A stretch of DNA of 16,453 nucleotides, taken from the NCBI GenBank assembly GCA_034408725.1, contig JAWXCN010000159.1, forward strand, positions 1 to 16,453. The letters are read 5' to 3'. Positions 9,114 through 15,204 of this stretch are shown piece after piece. The stretch comes from Candidatus Hydrogenedentota bacterium. Lineage in GTDB: Bacteria > Hydrogenedentota > Hydrogenedentia > Hydrogenedentales > SLHB01. The stretch's first letter is position 1. Each line of letters begins with the position of its first letter. Made by a program: the position numbers and the translations under genes. The notes below the pieces were generated by a model that had not been told where the DNA came from, made no database searches, and was given only the letters and a program-made list of their open reading frames with translations.

Positions 9114-9143
9114 TCGACATGCAACTGCCAGGTTGCATATAAT
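9114..9143 (+). promoter_or_regulatory. Sigma70 promoter with overlapping palindromic operator for the ArsR-SRPBCC operon
   Basis: TCGACA (9114-9119)-N18-TATAAT (9138-9143). The inverted repeat ATGCAAC-tgccag-GTTGCAT (9119-9138) fills the spacer. Confidence 0.8.
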
Positions 9144-9157
9144 CGAGCCAGGAAAAG

Positions 9158-9487
9158 ATGGACACGGATAAAGTCTTCAAAGCGCTCGCGGATTCGAGCC
9201 GCCGATTCTTGTTGGACAGCTTACGCGCGGACAATGGCCAGACCTTGGGCGCGTTATGCGAAGAGTTGAACATGTCGCGGCAAGCGGTGGCAAAGCATCT
9301 TGGAGTGCTCGAAGAAGCGAATCTGGTCGTTACCGTTTGGCGCGGTCGGGAGAAGCTGCATTACCTGAATCCGGCGCCGATCCATGAAGTTTATGATCGC
9401 TGGGTGTCGAAGTTCGAACGGTCGCGGTTGCAATCGTTGAACGAACTCAAGAAAATTCTGGAACGAAACGCCAAAGAGGATCGATAA
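9158..9487 (+). CDS. ArsR/SmtB-family winged-helix transcriptional repressor
   Basis: 109 aa. VFKALADSSRRFLLDSL...MSRQAVAKHLGVLEEANLV...GREKLHYLNPAPI, the type usually paired with SRPBCC proteins. Confidence 0.95.
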   Translation: MDTDKVFKALADSSRRFLLDSLRADNGQTLGALCEELNMSRQAVAKHLGVLEEANLVVTVWRGREKLHYLNPAPIHEVYDRWVSKFERSRLQSLNELKKILERNAKEDR

Positions 9488-9488
9488 C

Positions 9489-10016
9489 ATGAGCAAACCG
9501 GAGTTCGTATACACCATTTATATCAAGGCGCCGACGGAAAAAATCTGGCAGGCGTTGACGGACAGTGCGACGAGCGCACAGTATTGGGGTGGCTCGCAGG
9601 TGCGATCCGATTGGAAGGTGGGCTCGACCGTCGACATTGTCGATCCGGCCGGCCGTGTCGCGACTACAGGAAAAGTGATCGAGTTCGATGCACCCCGCCG
9701 CTTGTCGTATTCCTGGCATGTGGTGTTCCACGAAGTGTTCAGTTGCGAAGGGCATTCAAAGGTTACCTTCGAGCTGGAACCGTTAGGCGAAGCGACGAAA
9801 CTGACCATCACGCATGATGGGTTCGAGCCTGGTTCCCTCGTGCTCGAAAGCACTTCGGAAGGTTGGCCGATGCTGCTCTCCGATCTCAAGAGCGTGCTGG
9901 AAACCGGTTCGCCGGCCACGCCCGCGCCGAAACCCGGCGACCCTGATCCCTATGAAGCGGCGATCGAATGGGGGCTTGAAGAGCGAAAAAAAAGCATCGC
10001 GGATGAGCGCAGGTGA
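9489..10016 (+). CDS. SRPBCC/AHSA1 (START-like) ligand-binding protein
   Basis: 175 aa, 1 nt after the ArsR stop, GAGGA SD. FVYTIYIKAPTEKIWQALTD...SDWKVGS...PRRLSYSW...SKVTFELEP...TKLTITHDGF...GWPMLLSDLKSVLETG. Confidence 0.93.
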   Translation: MSKPEFVYTIYIKAPTEKIWQALTDSATSAQYWGGSQVRSDWKVGSTVDIVDPAGRVATTGKVIEFDAPRRLSYSWHVVFHEVFSCEGHSKVTFELEPLGEATKLTITHDGFEPGSLVLESTSEGWPMLLSDLKSVLETGSPATPAPKPGDPDPYEAAIEWGLEERKKSIADERR

Positions 10017-10078
10017 TGTCCACAGGGCCGTCATCATGCGAGTCCGTCGCGTTCTCTAGCGCACAAATCGACAACAAT

Positions 10079-12310
10079 TTATCGAAGCGCGCGCAGTATG
10101 CTGCCTGCGCCGTCCAAGGCGGTACTTGCCACGTAGATCGTGCCGTCCGGCGCGATGGCTATGCTCTCCCCAACATCGCCGCCGGGCGAAGCGACGTTCA
10201 TTTGCCACAGAATTTCGCCGTTGTTGCGATCAAGGCAGTAGAGCGCGTTCGCGCCTTGCACGTCGCGGTCGCCGCCGCCCAACACATAGACCGCATCATT
10301 GGTGACGACCGGGCTTCCGACAATTGCGTCGTCTACAAGGGCAGTGTGCCATGCGCCGTTACCGTCGGTGGTGACGGCATGGACGGACGCGGGTGAACCA
10401 AAGACGCCCATATATATTGCCTCGCCGTCCGTGGCGACCAGGCGGGGCGTATCATGACTGCGCACCTGGATTTCATTGATCCCGTAACTTTCATCCGTGG
10501 TTTCGAATCGTTGAACAATACCGGCCTGCACTGGATCGTACGCCCAAAGTTGAGCGCCGGCGTCGCCATTGTCGGCGACGGCATAGAGGTATCCCGATTG
10601 CGCGTCTTGTATGTATACGATGCCATCACCGCTGACGACCGGTGTGGCCCAATTGGTCAGGAACTCGGTTGTGCCCTCCGGTGTGAACCGCCAAAGCATA
10701 TCACCGGTGTTAGCATCAAGCGCTTGCAGCGCGCCCTGCCCGAGGCGTTCCTCCGCAAAACTCGAGTACATCCGTTGCTCATCCGGCGATAGCGTTGCAG
10801 ACCATCCGCGGAACCAATTCGATTCGGTCACGTCAAGCGTCGCAACTCCGCCCTCCGGCCAGAGCACTTCACCGGTCATGCCGTCTATTTTCATAAAACG
10901 GGTCGCGGTCGGCGCTTCGATATAGACGCCGTCATTGCTGTCGATTAATGCGGAGGAGCTGGTGGCGAGCCGCAGTTGCGCAGACCATTGCACGCTTCCG
11001 TCGTTGGGATCGAACGAGCGAAGCTCGCCGTCGCGGAACCCGAAGACCACGTCCCCGTTGCTGAGAAGGCCAGGACCGGCCAGGTTCCGCCGCTCATCGA
11101 CGGGACCGAATTCCCACAAGAGCTCGCCTTTCGGCGAATATGCGCTGAGCCAATCCCCACCGCTTTCGCCATGGCTCGAAAAAATGCGGCCCGTGTCGTC
11201 AACGGAAGGCATCGTTCCCGGCATGCCGGACATGCCCGTTTCCCACAGTACCGCGGGCTTGGTGAGCGGGGCCGGGGCATCGACGTATCCGGTACGTTGC
11301 GGATTGCCACCGATAGTCGCCGTGCGATTGGTTTTTGTGGCGAGCTTGCTTCCGTATTGTTGTGACTCGTCTTCCGCCGCGATGGTGTTTGTGGTGGGCT
11401 TGGACGTTGTCGCGCGCACGGATTCCGACAAATCTTCGCGCGTGCTCTCCGTCTGAGTGCTTGACCCTTGTTGTGTTTCGTTTCTATCCGAAAGGCGCGT
11501 TTCCGTTTCTTGTTCCGAGCGCGATACGGAATCCCGGCCACCTCCCCAGGATACGGCAACGACAATGCCAAGTAGCGCGACTGCGCTGCCGATACCCGCG
11601 ATTGTTTTCGTAGTCATTACCTGTACTCCCCAAAGTTTTGCCAAAGGCGCGGCAACTGCTGTCGCACCCAACGCGGGAACAATCCATGCCGGTTGAACTG
11701 CGGCTATGGCGCCGACCACGCGTACTGCGTGCTCCTTGCGCGGCGCATAACCTTCCATCAGTTCATCCACTTTTTCGACAATGTGGGTCTCGAGCGCGGC
11801 CCGCGCGCGTTGCAATCGTTTTTTGGCGTTCTCCCGCGAAATTCCGAGGACAGCCTCGATTTCGTTCATGTCTTTTTTCATGAAGTAGTAGAGAAGCAGG
11901 ATTTCGCGGTGCTGCACGTCAAGTTCGCGTACGGCCTTTTCAAGCATTTCGTGAAGCTCCCGCTGTGCCGGGTCCTCGGCGATTTCTGAAGGCGCGAACC
12001 CATCCCACACTCCGGCGTTGTGGCGTTCACGCTGCTGCAGTTTGACGTGTCGCATGCATTCGTTGCGGGTAATCGTCGCGAGCCAACCCGCGAATTTTTC
12101 CGGTTCCCGAAGTTTGTCAAGCGCCGTAAAGGCGGCAAGGAAGGCGTTCTGTGCAATGTCGTCGACATCGCCCATCGTTCCCAGGTTCGCGCGGACAAGC
12201 GCATGCACCATTGGCAAATGGCGTTCCACCAGGCGACCGAAAGCGTCCCGGTCACCGGTCAAAATCTTTCGGACGATGTCGCCGTCGTTCTTGTATGAAG
12301 CATCAGCCAT
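10079..12310 (-). CDS. ECF sigma-70 factor with fused transmembrane segment and C-terminal PQQ-like beta-propeller
   Basis: 743 aa. Sigma2: DAFGRLVERH...DDIAQNAFLAAF...FAGWLATITRN. Sigma4: HREILLLYYF...NEIEAVLGISRENAKKRLQRARAAL. TM: IAGIGSAVALLGIVVAVSW. S/T/E-rich linker, then GGNPQRTG and repeated blade motifs (AYSPKGELLW, FDPNDGSVQW, IDGMTGEVLW, LDANTGDMLW, LDRNNGEILW). Confidence 0.92.
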   Translation of the reverse strand: MADASYKNDGDIVRKILTGDRDAFGRLVERHLPMVHALVRANLGTMGDVDDIAQNAFLAAFTALDKLREPEKFAGWLATITRNECMRHVKLQQRERHNAGVWDGFAPSEIAEDPAQRELHEMLEKAVRELDVQHREILLLYYFMKKDMNEIEAVLGISRENAKKRLQRARAALETHIVEKVDELMEGYAPRKEHAVRVVGAIAAVQPAWIVPALGATAVAAPLAKLWGVQVMTTKTIAGIGSAVALLGIVVAVSWGGGRDSVSRSEQETETRLSDRNETQQGSSTQTESTREDLSESVRATTSKPTTNTIAAEDESQQYGSKLATKTNRTATIGGNPQRTGYVDAPAPLTKPAVLWETGMSGMPGTMPSVDDTGRIFSSHGESGGDWLSAYSPKGELLWEFGPVDERRNLAGPGLLSNGDVVFGFRDGELRSFDPNDGSVQWSAQLRLATSSSALIDSNDGVYIEAPTATRFMKIDGMTGEVLWPEGGVATLDVTESNWFRGWSATLSPDEQRMYSSFAEERLGQGALQALDANTGDMLWRFTPEGTTEFLTNWATPVVSGDGIVYIQDAQSGYLYAVADNGDAGAQLWAYDPVQAGIVQRFETTDESYGINEIQVRSHDTPRLVATDGEAIYMGVFGSPASVHAVTTDGNGAWHTALVDDAIVGSPVVTNDAVYVLGGGDRDVQGANALYCLDRNNGEILWQMNVASPGGDVGESIAIAPDGTIYVASTALDGAGSILRALR

Positions 12311-12337
12311 GGTTCACGTGTTCCTGCGTCTAATGTA

Positions 12338-12366
12338 TAGAGATCGTTGAGTCGATTCTGGGGACA
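12338..12366 (-). promoter_or_regulatory. Candidate ECF-type (autoregulatory) promoter
   Basis: Minus strand TGTCCC-N17-TCTCTA, ending 27 nt upstream of the sigma ATG, with AGGA SD between. Resembles the TGTC-type -35 of several ECF groups; the assignment is inferred. Confidence 0.4.
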
Positions 12367-12504
12367 ATGGAGGTTTCCAGGGGAATGTAGTTTAGATCAG
12401 GTGAGGATGTCGGAATGCGGCGCATCCATGTGCTTTCACATCAGCCGTTTACCAGATGGCCCGTGAGGAAGCTGATGGCGTACATGCCGCCTGGGTACCG
12501 CCCT

Positions 12505-13644
12505 TTACCCGGCGATTGTGACCTCGAACGCTTGATCACTCGTATCATTGATTTCGGAATTAACAGTCGAAATCACACGCGCCCTATAGTCTTCACCCGG
12601 AACGATATCATCGGGGATCGTCCATTTATATTTGCCGTCATTGGGCGCCGATTCCCGGAGTGTCCGTTCGATTTCGTCTCCGCGAAGCAACTCAATCCGC
12701 ACGCGGTCTCCCGCACCTGCGCTGGTTATCCAGCGAATTCGTTTCGTGCCTCCTGTCCGCCATCGCTCGCCTCCCTCGGGGGCAAGCACTCTCAGATCTT
12801 CCAGGCCGGCGGAAGCAACCAATAGGTCGTTGTCCGTGCCGGTCGTCACACCCTCTGAAATCCATGCGGCAGTCCAGTGTCCCATTCCATCCGTCACTAC
12901 ACGAACGCTAAAGTCACCGGGAAGATCCGAGTCCGCGTTCGCATTGAGCGCGTCCACTTCCGGCCATGTTATTCCGTTGTCCGTCGAGCAGGAAAAGAGT
13001 ATGTCCCCCTCGCCGCCAATTGTGCCGCCGAGGTCGTTGCCGGAAGTCCAGGCAACCACCCAGTTTCCGAAACCATCAGTCGCGATCGCCGGCTGGATAT
13101 CGTAACCCGGATCGGTGGCCGCGTTCGCATCGATCTCCGCGACGGGACTCCACGTTGTCCCGTTGTCCGTCGATCGGGAATAGAAAACGTGATCGTCTCC
13201 GAAACCTTTTCCGTCGAGCGTGTTGTTGGAATTCCATACGACGACCCACGTCCCATATCCGTCCGACGCGATCCGTGGAAATTCGTCGCTGCCCAAGTCC
13301 GTCGCGGCGTTATCGTTCACGATCCCTACCCGGCTCCAAGTCTGCCCGCTGTTCACCGAGCGCGAAAAAAGAATGTCGCCGTCCTTCCCTACCGTTCCCC
13401 TAAGCGGATTTTCGGATCGCCACACGGTAATCCATGTCCCCGGCGTATCGTCGATCCGGGATCGAGGTAGACGACGAATATGTCTGGCGCGGTCTGTCGC
13501 GATGGCGGGTGTTTCGTCGCGGAACCCCGGCCTAAAGTTCGAGTTCAGGGTTCGCTCCTGCTTCCACTTCAACCCATCGCTGGCTGATCGCTTCGTATCT
13601 ATGCCGCTGCTGAGGGATCCGAGGCCTACCGGGCTTTTCCCCGA
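12505..13644 (-). pseudogene. 5'-truncated paralog of the BNR + Ig-like domain protein (frame open 13644-12505; first usable start TTG 13572, 355 aa)
   Basis: Asp boxes SVNSGQTW, STDNGTTW, STDNGITW and the same C-terminal domain (LRVLAPEGGERWRTG...NDGKYKWTIP...GEDYRARV...DTSDQAFEV). The TTG lies inside a further degenerate Asp box (RSASDG-LKW...LNSN). In-frame TGA at 13645-13647. No signal peptide and no clear SD. Homology is secure; pseudogene status is inferred. Confidence 0.7.
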
Positions 13645-13678
13645 TCACGCGCGATGGCACGACAAAACAGCGAGAAGC

Positions 13679-14599
13679 CTATTCCGCGGCCGGCGCAGTC
13701 GGGCTTGGCGCCTTTATCATAAACGCAATAGTACGCTCGATGGTGTCGGCGTTGGCATCGGCGGAAGTGATTAGCTGTCCGGTTTTGGCTTCCTTGATCC
13801 AGCCCTGTCCGGCTGTGAACTCGTTCACGGGTTTCAGCATGTACTGGTTCTTATCCGCGTACCATTCGGCCGGACCGCCGACGGACAATTTGATGTCGTT
13901 ATTGGTCAAGCTGTTCTTGACCCGCGACGACACCAACTTAATCTCGTTTTTACCGGGCTTCAGCAACGAAGTGATGACGATTTGCCGGTCGCCAAGCAGA
14001 AAAGAATTGAGCGCAACGCCGTTGACGAACACCATGGCCCCGACCGGCGTGTTCCACCCACCGTAGTCCGATTTCGCCTGCAACACGTAATCGCCCGCAT
14101 TCAGTTTCGCGTTCTCGTGTTCCAACCCGGCCCAATACAGGCGGTAACTGAGCGTTACGTCCTGCACGTCTGGCCCCAACGGGTGCGAGTATTGGCCGTC
14201 TTTCAGCTTCCAATCGGTGTCATTGCGAAACTCCCACAACACCGGGTTCATGACAAAACGGGTGGAATCCTTCGGGTCCTTGAACATGGGGCCAATGCGA
14301 AAGATGAGCGAGTTCGCGTTTTCCGCCGGTTCTTGGGGCGTCGTCTTGATCGTGACATCGTTCCAGCCCGGCTTTATGTACTGTTGAACGGGCTCGAAGG
14401 TATCCGACGTAAAAATGTTGACGGTCTCCCCGTTCATGATGAACTCGGTGTGGAGCGGGTTTTCCCATGAATCGTAGTCCCGCTTCACCCATACGTACAG
14501 TTTGCCCTCGTCGAATTTCGTTTCCTGGGCAGCACCGGAAAGCACCAATACACCAAACATCAGAACGAAAGTTAGCGTCTTGATCAACGACCAATTCAT
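13679..14599 (-). CDS. Secreted hypothetical protein (306 aa) made of two tandem ~130-aa homologous beta-rich domains
   Basis: Start moved to ATG 14599 with a strong AAAAGGAGA SD. Signal peptide MNWSLIKTLTFVLMFGVLVLSGAA-Q. The internal duplication is visible by eye (DYDSWENP/DYGGWNTP; IKPGWNDVTI/LKPGKNEIKL). Confidence 0.85.
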   Translation of the reverse strand: MNWSLIKTLTFVLMFGVLVLSGAAQETKFDEGKLYVWVKRDYDSWENPLHTEFIMNGETVNIFTSDTFEPVQQYIKPGWNDVTIKTTPQEPAENANSLIFRIGPMFKDPKDSTRFVMNPVLWEFRNDTDWKLKDGQYSHPLGPDVQDVTLSYRLYWAGLEHENAKLNAGDYVLQAKSDYGGWNTPVGAMVFVNGVALNSFLLGDRQIVITSLLKPGKNEIKLVSSRVKNSLTNNDIKLSVGGPAEWYADKNQYMLKPVNEFTAGQGWIKEAKTGQLITSADANADTIERTIAFMIKAPSPTAPAAE

Positions 14600-14685
14600 G
14601 ACACACTCTCCTTTTCCATGTTTACATCGTAATCGCCAACGCAGAACACCGCCACGGTCCTCCCGTGACCGCCTCACCGACTCCC

Positions 14686-14714
14686 ATTATGTAGACCATT
14701 GGCAATGGTGCGAA
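14686..14714 (-). promoter_or_regulatory. Putative sigma70 promoter with palindromic operator upstream of the tandem-repeat gene
   Basis: Minus strand TTCGCA (14714-14709)-N17-CATAAT (14691-14686). The perfect 7-1-7 palindrome ACCATTG-N-CAATGGT (14695-14709) lies in the spacer. Confidence 0.5.
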
Positions 14715-14935
14715 ATCGGAATCGGTTGCATTCATCCTAGACTATTGCGGGGTCATGCGCTACTGGTAATTTGCCCCCACGTAGCTGTGGCGTCCTCGCC
14801 GCGGGCCTTCGCCAATTCCGCGTTTAGCGCGGAAGGCCGTCAAGAAATGAAGACCAACCGTTTGTCGGACGCGCGACGGTAGAACCGCCTAATTGCTTAT
14901 GTATAAATGGCTTGACGGCCAGCGAGCCAAAATAG

Positions 14936-15019
14936 AGCGGCGTCCGTGGGCTTCCATTTAATCTTATGTTTGGACCCCGCCCTCCAGCGCTCACCGTCTT
15001 TCGGAACGAGTATGCGAAG
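14936..15019 (-). pseudogene. Gene relic: first ~28 codons of a third 'PxxGE' Ig-like domain
   Basis: LRILVPKDGERWRAGSKHKIKWKPTDAA aligns without gaps to LRVLAPEGGERWRTGGTKRIRWITSAGA (starting 12795) and LIILTPNGGERIKPGKKTRIEWLSIGGI (starting 6248). Similarity then stops and a TAA follows at 14897-14899. Confidence 0.7.
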
Positions 15020-15184
15020 CGCACGCGGAGGAACAACCATCGTTGAAGCGAGAAACGTTCTTGCGAGAAAACTTTTTGTTGTTACCCATAATGACACCGC
15101 GCGCGCGGATTTTTATGCAAGGTAATTAGTAGCGCGGGTTTTCCAACCAGCTTCTTACGTGAACGATTGGAAGAGTGGGCGGGG

Positions 15185-15202
15185 AAAATCCGGCCTCCGG
15201 AT
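15185..15202 (-). terminator. Possible weak intrinsic terminator after the DUF1501 gene
   Basis: Minus strand ATCCGG-agg-CCGGAT-TTT immediately after the TAA stop. Short stem and short U tract. Confidence 0.35.
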
Positions 15203-15204
15203 GG

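Noticed and set aside
10013..10396. 127-aa ORF overlapping the SRPBCC stop, as a possible third operon gene
   Set aside because: Most of it is antisense to the sigma-propeller gene, and it has no recognisable domain.
14600..14677. N-terminal 26 aa of the 332-aa ORF call
   Set aside because: A strong SD and signal peptide indicate the start is ATG 14599.
14715..14835. Possible c-di-GMP-I or other riboswitch (GGCAAA on minus strand)
   Set aside because: The required following elements (GNRA-capped stem, GACGCAAAGC) are absent. An Rfam scan would settle it.
14889..14916. Possible dif site (central TGTATA in AT-rich context)
   Set aside because: The flanks do not match XerC/XerD arms (no TTATGTTAAAT-like arm), and arm symmetry is only 4 of 9 positions.
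15048..15108. 8-bp direct repeat GCGAGAAA x2 and palindrome CCGCGCGCGCGG
   Set aside because: Short or low-complexity. Not CRISPR-like and compatible with chance.
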